Shown: positions 38,428-48,971 of the stretch, piece after piece
How the letters are laid out: each line of letters begins with the position of its first letter
Position numbering within the stretch: the first letter of the stretch is position 1
Source of the DNA: Gammaproteobacteria bacterium
GTDB lineage: Bacteria > Pseudomonadota > Gammaproteobacteria > UBA4575
Assembly (NCBI GenBank): GCA_965243395.1
Contig: CBDEUS010000002.1
Location: 768,001 to 832,000, forward strand
DNA: 64,000 bases
Direction of reading: 5' to 3'
Translations under genes and position numbers: made by a program
Notes under the pieces: generated by a model
The model's database searches: none
Seen by the model: the letters and a program-made list of their open reading frames with translations, nothing else
What the model was told of the DNA's origin: nothing

Positions 38428-39132
38428 TCAAATGTCTTCTTTTTGCTGAGCAACAATTTCTTCATCTAGTTCAATTTCATCGATATCAAAATCGATGGGC
38501 CGCAAATTTAAATCATTGGTTATGTCTGCAAATGCAGATTCAAATGCATGTACCATTGCTTGATATATTGCTTGACCATAGCTATCTTGAGTATCGCGTT
38601 TAGTTCGCAAAATTTCACTTTCTTTACCCTCGCCAACTGCAGTAAATACACTTTCATATATACGGTTTCCATCTGTATCAGTTAAAAACACTTCAATCTT
38701 AGTTTTTGTCATTGGCTGCATACGGCCTTTTACAACACGGATAGAGTGATCTAACTTATAAATACGAGCATGTATATTTAATAATGGTACATCTGTATGT
38801 TTACCGTCATCTTGGAACCAGCGGAAAATACTTGCATGACCCGCAAGGTTAAGCATTTCATCTTCGGGGAAGACAATTTTATTCAAATTGCGTTGGTCAG
38901 CATTATCGACTTCGACTTTCCCTGATTTAGTGCGCACTTCAGGATAAAAATATACTTTTGCTAAGTACGGCTTTACTTCAGGAAGTTCTTGCATGGCAGC
39001 AACTAATTGGTCTGCGTCTGCATCTGCTTCATATTGTGTTGCACATGCAGATAACATGAGCAAAGCTAGAAAAAAGATAGATTTGATTACATGATTGATC
39101 TGATGTATTCGCATACTCATCTCACTTGTCAC
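38428..39132 (-). CDS. Putative lipoprotein
   Basis: Lipobox LSAC. Confidence 0.75.
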   Translation of the reverse strand: MTSEMSMRIHQINHVIKSIFFLALLMLSACATQYEADADADQLVAAMQELPEVKPYLAKVYFYPEVRTKSGKVEVDNADQRNLNKIVFPEDEMLNLAGHASIFRWFQDDGKHTDVPLLNIHARIYKLDHSIRVVKGRMQPMTKTKIEVFLTDTDGNRIYESVFTAVGEGKESEILRTKRDTQDSYGQAIYQAMVHAFESAFADITNDLNLRPIDFDIDEIELDEEIVAQQKEDI

Positions 39133-39256
39133 TACTCCTATATAGAAGTGTAACGGGATCAGCAGCTAACACGAATACACTAGCAGACCGTTAGTAAGCT
39201 AGATTGAACTTACGGTCTGGATATCTAATGAGAGGCTAGAAATATAAGCCGTCTGC

Positions 39257-39781
39257 TTACTTGTCTTGTTCTACGGTACTTTTAAGTTGGGTTAAGTTTT
39301 CTTTAAACATTTTGCCAATTGAATATTGTATGAATAAAGCAAAATAACCACCAATAATAGGAACATCCATATTTCCTTCCAGTGTCCATTTCACACGTGT
39401 TCGTGTTGTAGAGGCACTATGATATTGAATCGCACTTTTACTTTTATATTTTCCGCCCTGAAAAAAAAGATCATATTCAATACCTTTTTCAGGTGACCAA
39501 TATGTAAATGTAAGCGATCCGCCTCCATGTTTGTCTTTCCAGCTTTGGTTAGCACCAATACCTTTCGTTTTTTCACTAACAGTTATTTCTATATCTGGGT
39601 CATCGCCTTTCCACACAGTCCATTCTTGCCAGGTGCTTAAGTCTCCCACGTATTCATGGATATGTTCAGGTGTAGAAGAGATGGTTGTAGTTTTACTTAT
39701 TAAAAAATTTGTAGGTAAAAAATATCCTAGTACACCTAAAATAATAATCAGCAACAGCAGGGTGCTTAGTAATTTTTTCAT
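39257..39781 (-). CDS. SRPBCC/polyketide cyclase family protein
   Basis: N-terminal TM; DL..WQEW..W, G.GA..SW and L..LK..VE motifs. Confidence 0.85.
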   Translation of the reverse strand: MKKLLSTLLLLIIILGVLGYFLPTNFLISKTTTISSTPEHIHEYVGDLSTWQEWTVWKGDDPDIEITVSEKTKGIGANQSWKDKHGGGSLTFTYWSPEKGIEYDLFFQGGKYKSKSAIQYHSASTTRTRVKWTLEGNMDVPIIGGYFALFIQYSIGKMFKENLTQLKSTVEQDK

Positions 39782-39799
39782 TAGGATTAGAAATAATGC

Positions 39800-40210
39800 T
39801 TAGCTTGACTTGTTTCGATAAATCAAAGCAACAATTACACCAGCTAAAACGAGTTGTATTGTAATCGCAACTATCCAGTTAATTACCAAACTTAGCGGGT
39901 AAGGTGCCACGGCATAGCCAATTAAGTTGTGTCCAGCAAATATTATCGCCAACAGTAAGCCATATACCGCACCTTCAATAATACCGCCTCTTTTAAATGC
40001 TTTTGTAAACAATGCGACAAAACCAATTGAGATAATTATTTGTCCAATCATTATCCAAATTCCATGGTTTTGCATATCTGCTTCAGGTCGCCATAAGCTC
40101 GCAGTGTTTTTGTATGTATCCGCCATTAGCATGCCATGGAATATATAATCAAAAGCCATAATGAAAATAATAACTGCGATGCACGCAATGATAAATTTTT
40201 TAGTGTTCAT
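39800..40210 (-). CDS. 4-TM hypothetical membrane protein
   Basis: Hydrophobic profile; RBS GAGG. Confidence 0.75.
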   Translation of the reverse strand: MNTKKFIIACIAVIIFIMAFDYIFHGMLMADTYKNTASLWRPEADMQNHGIWIMIGQIIISIGFVALFTKAFKRGGIIEGAVYGLLLAIIFAGHNLIGYAVAPYPLSLVINWIVAITIQLVLAGVIVALIYRNKSS

Positions 40211-40231
40211 ACAATTTCCTCGCTTATTAAT

Positions 40232-40558
40232 TTAAGTTTCTGTTGGAGGTACGTAGTTAGGGTCGTTAGGATTTAAAAACACAAAATGAAATTGTTTGGG
40301 CTCTAATTCAATATAATCAAGCGTAGTGCCATTCAAAAATTCGTAGCTTGAATCTGCCACAACTATCTCTATTCCATTTGATTTAAAAGCATGATCTTTT
40401 TCACCACTGCTCCCAACATCATCAAAGCCGAGCCCATAGTGGAGTGAATTATCTTCTTGGCGAGTGGCCGCAATGCGAAGTGGGGTGTTTTCCAATTTAG
40501 CTTCAAGAGCCGCTTTCTTGATTTGTTCTGCAGCGGCTTCAGTTACTTCAATTGTCAT
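40232..40558 (-). CDS. dsrR: DsrR (IscA-like, cysteine-free)
   Basis: HesB/IscA-like sequence with no Cys, F.FLNPND motif; last gene of the dsr operon. Confidence 0.85.
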   Translation of the reverse strand: MTIEVTEAAAEQIKKAALEAKLENTPLRIAATRQEDNSLHYGLGFDDVGSSGEKDHAFKSNGIEIVVADSSYEFLNGTTLDYIELEPKQFHFVFLNPNDPNYVPPTET

Positions 40559-40606
40559 AGAGCCTTACATTTATAATTATTATTTAAGCTTCTAATTGTA
40601 GTACAT

Positions 40607-41965
40607 CTACTTATGTGTTTTTACAAATTCTAGAAAGTTTGATATCCACTGATTTTGTGACGTATTTCGTTGATGTGCATAACAAGCCAGGAGGTTTTTA
40701 TACACAATTCCATCATTTTGACCATTTATTCCATAACCACGATTTACTTGATAGGCATATTGCTGGTGATCCAAAGAATTGTTTAATTTTGAATAATGAA
40801 ATTCATGTCCTGGCAATTCACTAGTTTCTACATCTCCCCAGGGATGGCGTGAAGTTTTTTGTAACAATGTATAACCGCGCCCAATGGGCTTCTCTTGCAT
40901 TTTGCAATCAGCGTCGATGATTCCGACCATTTCTGCACGTTGTTCTTCATATTCGATGGTACTGCACAAATACATTAAGCCTCCGCACTCTGCGTAACAT
41001 GGCATACCATTCTCAATCGCTGTTCTGATCGTGTTTTTCATCTGAGAGTTTTTTGCAAGTTGTTGCATGCGTTTTTCCGGGAAACCGCCACCGATAAATA
41101 ATGCATCCGCTTCGGGTACAGTCGTATCATGTAATGTATCAAAGGGGATAAGTTGTACTCCAAGTTCGCGAAACATATCTAGGTCATCTGCATAATAAAA
41201 GCCAAAGGCTTCATCTTTTGCATAAGCAATTTTCAAATCATACTTAATATTAGTTTTGTCATTCTTATATGACGGTATGGATTTTGCTGTTTTGGAAATT
41301 TCAAAAATTTTATCTATGTCAACCTGATCTGAAATAATTTCCGCAATTTGTTTTACTTTTTTATTTGCAAACTGATCTTCATTGCTTGGCATAAGTCCTA
41401 GATAGCGTTCGACTAATTCAAGTTTTTTGTTGCGATGTACTACGCCTAATACGGGGATTGTTGTGTAACGTTCAATTACAGTTTGTAATTTGGCTGCATG
41501 TCGACTGCCACCTACAAAGTTTAAAATTACACCTGCGATATTTACTTCGGGATCGAATTGCTGATAACCCAACAATAGAGGTGCGACCCCGCGAATTGTG
41601 CCACTTGTGTTTAATATAAGAATTACCGGGGCGCCTGTAAGCTTTGCTAAGGCAGCATTGCTGTTACTGCCATCTGCAGCGAGTCCATCATGTAAACCTT
41701 TATTGCCTTCGATAATAGAAATATCGGAATTTTGGCTATGCACACTTAGTGTGGTTAGGATTTCCTTTTTACTTTGTGTCCAGAAGTCTAGGTTATAACA
41801 ATCACGCTGTGTGGCTTTCGCTAACCACATCGGATCAATATAGTCTGGACCCTTCTTAAAACTTTGTACGGTATAGCCTTTGTTGCGCAGCGCGTTACAG
41901 ATTCCTACAGTGAGAACGGTTTTACCTGAAGATTTTTGTGCGGCTGAAAGTAGTAAATTAGCCAC
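40607..41965 (-). CDS. dsrN: DsrN, siro(haem) amidase (CbiA-like)
   Basis: SSGKT, KGPDYIDP, AECGGLMY and GHEFHYS motifs; position after dsrP. Confidence 0.92.
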   Translation of the reverse strand: MANLLLSAAQKSSGKTVLTVGICNALRNKGYTVQSFKKGPDYIDPMWLAKATQRDCYNLDFWTQSKKEILTTLSVHSQNSDISIIEGNKGLHDGLAADGSNSNAALAKLTGAPVILILNTSGTIRGVAPLLLGYQQFDPEVNIAGVILNFVGGSRHAAKLQTVIERYTTIPVLGVVHRNKKLELVERYLGLMPSNEDQFANKKVKQIAEIISDQVDIDKIFEISKTAKSIPSYKNDKTNIKYDLKIAYAKDEAFGFYYADDLDMFRELGVQLIPFDTLHDTTVPEADALFIGGGFPEKRMQQLAKNSQMKNTIRTAIENGMPCYAECGGLMYLCSTIEYEEQRAEMVGIIDADCKMQEKPIGRGYTLLQKTSRHPWGDVETSELPGHEFHYSKLNNSLDHQQYAYQVNRGYGINGQNDGIVYKNLLACYAHQRNTSQNQWISNFLEFVKTHK

Positions 41966-42004
41966 GATGTTTTAAGCAAGCACCTTGGTGCTGGAGAAAT
42001 TAAT

Positions 42005-43252
42005 TTAAGAAGCCTTAGCCGTGTCTAGCTTTAAAGCTTTATCTGAAAGGCTTTCAGGTAAGAAGTCAAGTACGGCAACGCTTACAGTGACAATTAAGAG
42101 TGCTATACAAGTGCCACCAATACCAAGCAGAATTTCCCATATGCTTGGTGAATATTCCGCTACAACACCATCAAAGAAGCCACTGCTAACTTCATAACCT
42201 GGAAACATATCGAGAGGATAGGCTTGTCCACCGATGATAATGACATATAACTGAGCTAACCCACCGATGATGACCAGTACCGAAGCAATACTTAAGCAGT
42301 TTCGGCATTGACTCATAGGTTTAATAAACACAAGTGCGAGTGGGATTAAACTACCTAAAACAATCTGTACGCCCCAAAATAAGAATGTATAGATACCACC
42401 GTTTAACAAAATAAATGCTTCTATGCCGTGATGTTCTGTTGCATATAAGTTTGTTAAATGTTTTGCGATTACAAAGTACAAAATTGCTGAAACAAATATA
42501 CCGAGTAACTTTCTAAGCTTATCCAGCATAGCATCACCCAAATTGCGATGTGTCCATGCATAGCTTGCTTGAAGAACTAAAATGAAAACAGCTAAACCAA
42601 ATGCAAATGACATGATAATAAACATGGGTGCCATGATGGCAGCATCATAGGCCTGGCGAGCGACTAAAAAACCAAAAATAGAACCAGTACCTGTAGTAAG
42701 TATTAATCGCCAAATAAATGCTAAGAAACCAGCAGGCTTGGTAAATTTGTTCATTTTGCGTTCCATCATCATCCACAAATAAATACCCGTAATGATGATA
42801 AATCCGGTATATAAGAAAATATTCCAGGCAAAGATCGATTTAAAGTTATATACCGTCATGGCAACGATCAGCCTATCCGGTCGGCCTAAATCCAAGACGA
42901 GAATAACCAGCCCACCAACTAACAAGGCAATTGCTAATAGGGCAGAAAGTCTGGCTAGGGGTTTGTAATCATATTTTCCAAATACAGATGAAATAGAGGC
43001 GACGTTAAGAGCACCAGAAGCGGCGACGATTAAAAAGATCGCAATGACATGCGGGAAGCCCCAGATAATTTGATTACTCATGCCTGTAATATGGTGGCCT
43101 TCAACATCCATATGATGTGCGGATAGATAACCAATCAATGCGGCAAGACCAAGTGCACTTAACAAAATCCAATACTGAATAGATTTTGCTTCGATAGAAC
43201 TAAAACGTGTGGTTTCCATAATACTTGTCTTATAAACCGCTATATCTAACAC
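42005..43252 (-). CDS. dsrP: DsrP, NrfD-family membrane subunit (likely start 43219)
   Basis: DLGRPDRL motif, multiple TM, synteny. Confidence 0.95.
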   Translation of the reverse strand: MLDIAVYKTSIMETTRFSSIEAKSIQYWILLSALGLAALIGYLSAHHMDVEGHHITGMSNQIIWGFPHVIAIFLIVAASGALNVASISSVFGKYDYKPLARLSALLAIALLVGGLVILVLDLGRPDRLIVAMTVYNFKSIFAWNIFLYTGFIIITGIYLWMMMERKMNKFTKPAGFLAFIWRLILTTGTGSIFGFLVARQAYDAAIMAPMFIIMSFAFGLAVFILVLQASYAWTHRNLGDAMLDKLRKLLGIFVSAILYFVIAKHLTNLYATEHHGIEAFILLNGGIYTFLFWGVQIVLGSLIPLALVFIKPMSQCRNCLSIASVLVIIGGLAQLYVIIIGGQAYPLDMFPGYEVSSGFFDGVVAEYSPSIWEILLGIGGTCIALLIVTVSVAVLDFLPESLSDKALKLDTAKAS

Positions 43253-44033
43253 CCGTGTTGAGATTTAAATCAGCACGAATCTGTACACCACCATGTTTTT
43301 CTAATTTTTTAGAAATCTCACTGTTAGGGTCATTTAAATCTCCGAACAATAAAGCTTGATGCCCATCTTTCGCACAAGCTTCAGCGCAGGCAGTATTGTT
43401 ATCACCACGATCCACTTTGTGCACACACAAAGTACAGCTCTCTACACAACCTTTTCCACGTGGTGCATGCGGAAGTTGGTCTACAAGGGGTTCGTGTATA
43501 AATGAACGAGCTTTATATGGGCATGCCATCATGCAGTAACGACAGCCGATGCATGTGTGTGGGTTGACTAATACGATACCGTCTGCACGTTTAAAGGAAG
43601 CCTTAGTAGGGCAAACATCTACACAAGGCGGATGCTCGCAGTGTTGGCACATCATAGGCAATGATGTTACATGTCCTGTTTGTTTGTCTTTTATATTTAA
43701 TTTTCGAATCCATTGAGCATCAGTTGCGGGACGCCCTAAATCCCATAAACCATGCTCTTCATTGCATGCGGTAACGCATGCATCACAATCTTCTTGGCAG
43801 ACGTTTGTGTCAATTAACATACCCCAACGTTGCTTGTCCGTTACGGGTTCATCATCGAGTTTAGCAGATGCGGTTTGGTATAGCATCACACCAGGGGCGA
43901 TGGATAGTCCGCCTACTACAGCAGCGCTACGTAAAAAACTGCGCTTCTCAAGATCGACCTCATAAACGACATCGTCTGATGAATTGTTTAGTACGTGATC
44001 AATATTCGTATCAATATCTAATTTGTAGCGCAT
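43230..44033 (-). CDS. dsrO: DsrO, 4Fe-4S subunit
   Basis: Tat-like KRSFL; CQHCEHPPC and CIGCRYCMMACP motifs. Confidence 0.95.
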   Translation of the reverse strand: MRYKLDIDTNIDHVLNNSSDDVVYEVDLEKRSFLRSAAVVGGLSIAPGVMLYQTASAKLDDEPVTDKQRWGMLIDTNVCQEDCDACVTACNEEHGLWDLGRPATDAQWIRKLNIKDKQTGHVTSLPMMCQHCEHPPCVDVCPTKASFKRADGIVLVNPHTCIGCRYCMMACPYKARSFIHEPLVDQLPHAPRGKGCVESCTLCVHKVDRGDNNTACAEACAKDGHQALLFGDLNDPNSEISKKLEKHGGVQIRADLNLNTGVRYSGL

Positions 44034-44051
44034 GAGTATAATTTTACGTTA

Positions 44052-44546
44052 TTAACGCTCTACATTACTAAATTGCAAGTAATGTTGTATTTTTTCCTCG
44101 TTTGATTGATCCACTGTCTGGTTAGGATTCATAGCTTTACGTATCGCTTCTTCAGGGCGATCCGCATGGCACTGAAAACAATCAATGTTTACTGCCGTAA
44201 ATTGATGACAGCTTGCACAAAAATGCGTTTCCTCTGAATAGCGCGCATATTCACCTTCTGCATTCGCGGTGATATGACATTCAATACATTCAATTAAGCT
44301 GTGTTTTTTTGTGCGAATTCCATCGATTACGGTTTTATCGCGATGATCCAGCACAAATTCAAAATGTTGTTTACGCATAACTTCCACCGGCTCAACGCAC
44401 AATGTTTCATCATTATAATTTTCTTTTGGCGGCGGAATGTCTGGATGGTCATCATGTGCATAGGCAATCGTAATACCAATTATGCAGAACACGAGCGTGA
44501 TAGCTAATAACAAATAAACAAGATATTTTTTTACAAGTTTTCGCAT
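44052..44546 (-). CDS. dsrJ: DsrJ, triheme cytochrome c
   Basis: Three CxxCH motifs (CIECH, CASCH, CFQCH) and CVEP..VMR..H. Confidence 0.95.
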   Translation of the reverse strand: MRKLVKKYLVYLLLAITLVFCIIGITIAYAHDDHPDIPPPKENYNDETLCVEPVEVMRKQHFEFVLDHRDKTVIDGIRTKKHSLIECIECHITANAEGEYARYSEETHFCASCHQFTAVNIDCFQCHADRPEEAIRKAMNPNQTVDQSNEEKIQHYLQFSNVER

Positions 44547-44596
44547 CTCTAGATTTTATAAAAACGCTGTCTTCGACCCTTATCAATGACCCAATC

Positions 44597-46549
44597 TCAA
44601 TGACCCAGGGCCATATCAATGTAGCCCGTAGGGCATACATCTGCACAAATATGACAACCAATACACTTGTTGTAATCGGTGTCTACATAACGACCTGTTG
44701 TTGACTCATCTTTCTTGACTCTGAAAACAGCGTCTTGTGGGCAGTACACAACGCAGTTATCGCATTCAAAGCACATGCCGCAACTCATGCAACGATTGGC
44801 TTCTTCTACAGCTTGTTCTTCAGTGAAATTTTTCATGCGTTCTTCAAAGTGACCTAATACTTGTTCTGCATCTGGGCCATGTTCTTCACGTAAACCGCGT
44901 GGCGTGAAGGGGAAGTGTCCTAGGAATAATTCATCATAAGAAATGATTTCTTGTTCTGAACGATCTTCATAGTTATGTACTGAGAATTTAGATTCATCTG
45001 TGCCACGTGTTTCGCCAACGCTATAGTCGTCAGGTTCAAGACCAGACTCACGCAATTTTTCTAAAAGATCAAAATGATGCACATCCACTTTAGGGCGTTT
45101 TCTGATTTCGGTATCTTTAAAATAATAATCGATACTTTCAGCTGCAATGGATGCTTGTCCGATAGCAGTGGTTAATAAGTGAGGGCGAATGATGTCGCCA
45201 CAAACAAAATGGCCTTCGCGATCTGGTACTGCATAAAATTTATCTGCATCGATTAACCCACGGCCATTATCAAATTCTTCCAAGCCATCCAGGTCACCTC
45301 CTTGACCAATCGCAGATACGATAAGATCACATTCAATTTCAAATTCTGTACCTTCAACTGGTACGGGTCGGTTATCTTCCATTTTGCATTCCGCCATACG
45401 TATTGCGGTTGCACGGCCATCCTCTCCAGTCACAACTTTGACAGGCATTACACCATCTTTAATTTTTACCCCTTCGCGTTGTGCATCATGAACTTCGTGT
45501 TCCGCTGCAGTCATTTCTGATTTAGGGAACAATGAAGTAAGTGTTACATCTGCACCTTCACGAGCCGCGGCATAAGCCGCATCATGTGCTACATAGCCAC
45601 CTATCACATGTTCAGGGGCTTCTTCTTTATTAAGTTTTTCAATTTTTCCAAGTCGGCGTGCAACGGAAACGACGTCGATTGAAGTATCACCACCGCCCAC
45701 ACAGACAACACGGTCTGCGGTAACTTGTAAACGACCTGTATTGAAGGCTTCTAAAAACTTCACCCCCGAAACACAGTTTGGCGCATCGCCGCCCTCGACC
45801 GGCAAGCCGCGACCAGATTGACAACCTAATGCCCACAGAACTGCATCAAATTCTTTTTCGATATCTTCGACCGATACATCTTTACCAACACGGGTATTCA
45901 TACGTGTTTCGATGTTGCCCATGTCTAGAATGCGTTGTATTTCATGGTTTAGAAAATCACGCGGGGTGCGATAACCAGGTATGCCATAACGGAACATGCC
46001 GCCCAGTTCTTCATGATCATCGAAAATAACGCTGGCATGGCCCATACGACGTAATTGGTAGGCAGCAGCAAGTCCTGCTGGTCCACCGCCGATAATGGCT
46101 ATGGTTTTACCGGATAATTGTTCAGGAGCCTCAAATTTGAAACCTTGCTCATAAGCCGTGTCACCAATATATTGCTCTACAGCATTAATACCTACAAAGT
46201 CTTCTACATGGTTGCGATTACAGCCATCCTCGCAAGGTGCGGGACAAACTCGACCCATCATAGATGGAAAAGGGTTTGCATCCGTTGAACGCAAGAACGC
46301 ATACTCTTGCATACTCATGCCTTCTACTTGTGGTTTTTCTATACCACGTACAATTTGCAACCAGCCACGAATATCTTCTCCAGAAGGGCAGCTACCCTGG
46401 CATGGAGGTGTGCGATGTACATAAGTAGGGCATTTATGTGAATGATCAGCTTCAAAGATTTTTTCGCCAAAATTTCCCCACTCGTAATCTCCGTCTTCAA
46501 ATTTTCTAAACGTTAGTTTGTGGGTTATTTGTTCCTTAGGCGTCGCCAT
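44597..46549 (-). CDS. dsrL: DsrL iron-sulfur flavoprotein (DsrL-1-like)
   Basis: PPCQGSCP, GRVCPAPCE, GGGPAG, C-terminal 2x4Fe-4S; no YRR motif. Confidence 0.96.
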   Translation of the reverse strand: MATPKEQITHKLTFRKFEDGDYEWGNFGEKIFEADHSHKCPTYVHRTPPCQGSCPSGEDIRGWLQIVRGIEKPQVEGMSMQEYAFLRSTDANPFPSMMGRVCPAPCEDGCNRNHVEDFVGINAVEQYIGDTAYEQGFKFEAPEQLSGKTIAIIGGGPAGLAAAYQLRRMGHASVIFDDHEELGGMFRYGIPGYRTPRDFLNHEIQRILDMGNIETRMNTRVGKDVSVEDIEKEFDAVLWALGCQSGRGLPVEGGDAPNCVSGVKFLEAFNTGRLQVTADRVVCVGGGDTSIDVVSVARRLGKIEKLNKEEAPEHVIGGYVAHDAAYAAAREGADVTLTSLFPKSEMTAAEHEVHDAQREGVKIKDGVMPVKVVTGEDGRATAIRMAECKMEDNRPVPVEGTEFEIECDLIVSAIGQGGDLDGLEEFDNGRGLIDADKFYAVPDREGHFVCGDIIRPHLLTTAIGQASIAAESIDYYFKDTEIRKRPKVDVHHFDLLEKLRESGLEPDDYSVGETRGTDESKFSVHNYEDRSEQEIISYDELFLGHFPFTPRGLREEHGPDAEQVLGHFEERMKNFTEEQAVEEANRCMSCGMCFECDNCVVYCPQDAVFRVKKDESTTGRYVDTDYNKCIGCHICADVCPTGYIDMALGH

Positions 46550-46597
46550 TAGTTACTCCTATGTATAAATTTCCATCTAGGTTAATGTGTTAAAAAA

Positions 46598-48139
46598 TTA
46601 AGCGGCTTCTGCTTGCTCTTCATCATCAGGCTCGATTGCATCTCGGTTCTCAGGCTCAAATACAATTGCATTGCTGACTAATTGATGCAGACTCAAAATT
46701 TGATCCATACGAAAGTCATAGTATGGGAAAACTTTAGAAAATTGACTCTTACAAATGGCACATATGGCGGCCATATGGGTTACTCCATATGTATCCACAA
46801 CGTTTTTAAGAGCTTCCATGCGTGGTTGTGCACCTTTCACACGCAACTCAATTAAATCGTCGGTAAGTAGGCCACCACCACCACCACAGCAGTAAGTACC
46901 TTCTTTGATGGCATAGCTGGGCATATCCACATAGTTGTTGCATACCGCTTTGATAATTTCTCTGGGGATCTCAAACTGACCACCAGGTTTGTCACCCATA
47001 CGTGATGCCCGTGCAACATTGCAAGAATCATGATAGGTCACAACCATGTCATCATTTTGTGAAGGGTCTAAAGTTAACTTACCTTCTTTAATTAATTCAT
47101 GAGTAACTTCGCAAATATGTTGTGGCACTGGATAGTTGGGGTCTAGAAAATCAAATGGGCCCGCCAATGTGTTTAAGAAAGAATATGCGACACGCCATGC
47201 ATGTCCACATTCTCCAAAAACAATTCTTTTTGCACCTAAATCTATTGCAGCTTGACGTATGCGTAAGGCGAGTTTCTGCATGTTTTCATAACTACCTATA
47301 AACATGCCAAAGTTTGCAGCTTCACTGGCATAAGAACTTAAAGTCCAGGAAATGCCTGCTTGATGAAATACTTTTCCGTAACCAATTAAACCGTCAATAT
47401 GAGGTTCTGCAAAAAAATCAGCAGAAGGGGTAATTAACAATACCTCTGCACCTTTTTCATCTACCGGGAAGCGAACTTTTACACCTGTATCTTCTTCAAC
47501 GTCTTCTTCTAAACCTTCTAAGGTGTCAATTAATGCTGGTTCAGGTAAGCCTAAGTTGTTACCAATGGTTTGGGCTTTACCGATAATCTCATTGCAATAC
47601 TTTTGACCTTTGCCTACAGCGTCCATCACTTCACGAGCAGCCATAGAAATTTCTGCAGTATCAATTCCATATGGGCAATACACTGAACATCGTCTGCACT
47701 GAGAACACTGATGGAAATAGCTGTACCAATCATCCAACACTTCTTCTGTTAAATCTTCTGCCCCAACAAGCTTTGGAAATAGTTTTCCAGAAATAGTGTG
47801 GTAGCGACGATAGACTTTACGAAATAAATCTTGTCGAGCAACTGGCATATTTTTTGGGTCAGTTGTGCCTAGGTAGTAATGACATTTATCAGTACAAGCG
47901 CCACATTTCACACAGGAATCCAAAAACACTTGTAAGGAGCGATATTTGCCAGTGAGCTCTCCCATTTTATCGATTGCAACCTGTTGCCAGTTATCAACTA
48001 GCTCACCAGGGAAACCTAATTTTTCTTGAAACTCAGCTTTGGCAACAAATGGCTGACTATGTTTCATCACATCTTTTTGTAGATGTGGAATAACGGGATA
48101 TTCTTTTAATTCCGGTGTATCAAATTCTGCAGCAGCCAT
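46598..48139 (-). CDS. dsrK: DsrK, HdrD-like subunit
   Basis: CVKCGACTDKC, CSQCRRCSVYCP, ECGHAWR and CCGGGGG motifs. Confidence 0.97.
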   Translation of the reverse strand: MAAAEFDTPELKEYPVIPHLQKDVMKHSQPFVAKAEFQEKLGFPGELVDNWQQVAIDKMGELTGKYRSLQVFLDSCVKCGACTDKCHYYLGTTDPKNMPVARQDLFRKVYRRYHTISGKLFPKLVGAEDLTEEVLDDWYSYFHQCSQCRRCSVYCPYGIDTAEISMAAREVMDAVGKGQKYCNEIIGKAQTIGNNLGLPEPALIDTLEGLEEDVEEDTGVKVRFPVDEKGAEVLLITPSADFFAEPHIDGLIGYGKVFHQAGISWTLSSYASEAANFGMFIGSYENMQKLALRIRQAAIDLGAKRIVFGECGHAWRVAYSFLNTLAGPFDFLDPNYPVPQHICEVTHELIKEGKLTLDPSQNDDMVVTYHDSCNVARASRMGDKPGGQFEIPREIIKAVCNNYVDMPSYAIKEGTYCCGGGGGLLTDDLIELRVKGAQPRMEALKNVVDTYGVTHMAAICAICKSQFSKVFPYYDFRMDQILSLHQLVSNAIVFEPENRDAIEPDDEEQAEAA

Positions 48140-48141
48140 AA

Positions 48142-48882
48142 TTAACTCGATTTATTAGATTCAAATTGATTTGCCCATTCTGCGAGATGGCGTTGTTCAC
48201 GCGGGTTATCAATTTGATTTCTTGTTGGACTAAAAAATACACCTGGAACATGTAAGAGCTTACTAAATGGAAATATGATCATTAAAATTATTACTAAACT
48301 CAGATGTATAATTAAGAACAGGTCATTAGGTAAGGGGTTAATTTCAAAAACCATAAGACCCAGTAAAAAAGATTTTAAAGAGACAATGTCGGTATGATCG
48401 ACAAACGTCATGAGCGCGCCTGTTACACCAATTGCAATAAGTAACAGCAACATTAAATGATCAGAAGGCGCAGAAATATAACGCACACGATCAACAAAGA
48501 TTCTGCGTGCTAATAATCCTGCCAAGCCGGCTAACATCATAAACGACGCATATTTGCCAAACGGCTGCAAAAAGACTACCCAGCCCCAAACAGGATCAGT
48601 GAAGTAACGCAAATGTCTCAATAAAACTAAAAACAGGCCAAAATGAAATAACCAACCAAACAACCATGTCCACTTATTTGATTTAAATAAGCTCTCAAAT
48701 ATTGTGACTTCTTTTATTATTCTAAAAGCTACGCCACTGCGTGTAGTCGGGGCAGGTGTGGTCGGGATTTTTAAAGGTGCCGGTATTTTTGCGTACAGCC
48801 AAACTTTATATGCTAAACCTACTACTAAAATAGCGGTCGCCACATAAAATAAAATTGCAAAAGTTATGGTTAAGGCTGACAT
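48142..48882 (-). CDS. dsrM: DsrM, NarI-like cytochrome b
   Basis: FH.G...V.LRHLRYF and PFSKLLH motifs. Confidence 0.96.
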   Translation of the reverse strand: MSALTITFAILFYVATAILVVGLAYKVWLYAKIPAPLKIPTTPAPTTRSGVAFRIIKEVTIFESLFKSNKWTWLFGWLFHFGLFLVLLRHLRYFTDPVWGWVVFLQPFGKYASFMMLAGLAGLLARRIFVDRVRYISAPSDHLMLLLLIAIGVTGALMTFVDHTDIVSLKSFLLGLMVFEINPLPNDLFLIIHLSLVIILMIIFPFSKLLHVPGVFFSPTRNQIDNPREQRHLAEWANQFESNKSS

Positions 48883-48935
48883 GTTTGTTACTTCCTTGAA
48901 ACATCATGCTTTGTTAAACATGACTAGCAAATAAC

Positions 48936-48963
48936 ATTTAGAGGTGTTTAAACCACCCTAAAT
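48936..48963 (-). other. Stem-loop between dsrC and dsrM
   Basis: ATTTAG(A)GGTG...CACCCTAAAT inverted repeat just after the dsrC stop; no T-tract. Confidence 0.5.
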
Positions 48964-48971
48964 TATATGTG

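Noticed and set aside
40232-40558. Degenerate iscA pseudogene
   Set aside because: Lack of Cys is the known property of DsrR; the ORF is intact and syntenic.
40607-41965. cbiA/cobB cobalamin synthesis gene
   Set aside because: Position between dsrP and dsrR identifies it as dsrN; no other cob genes are present.
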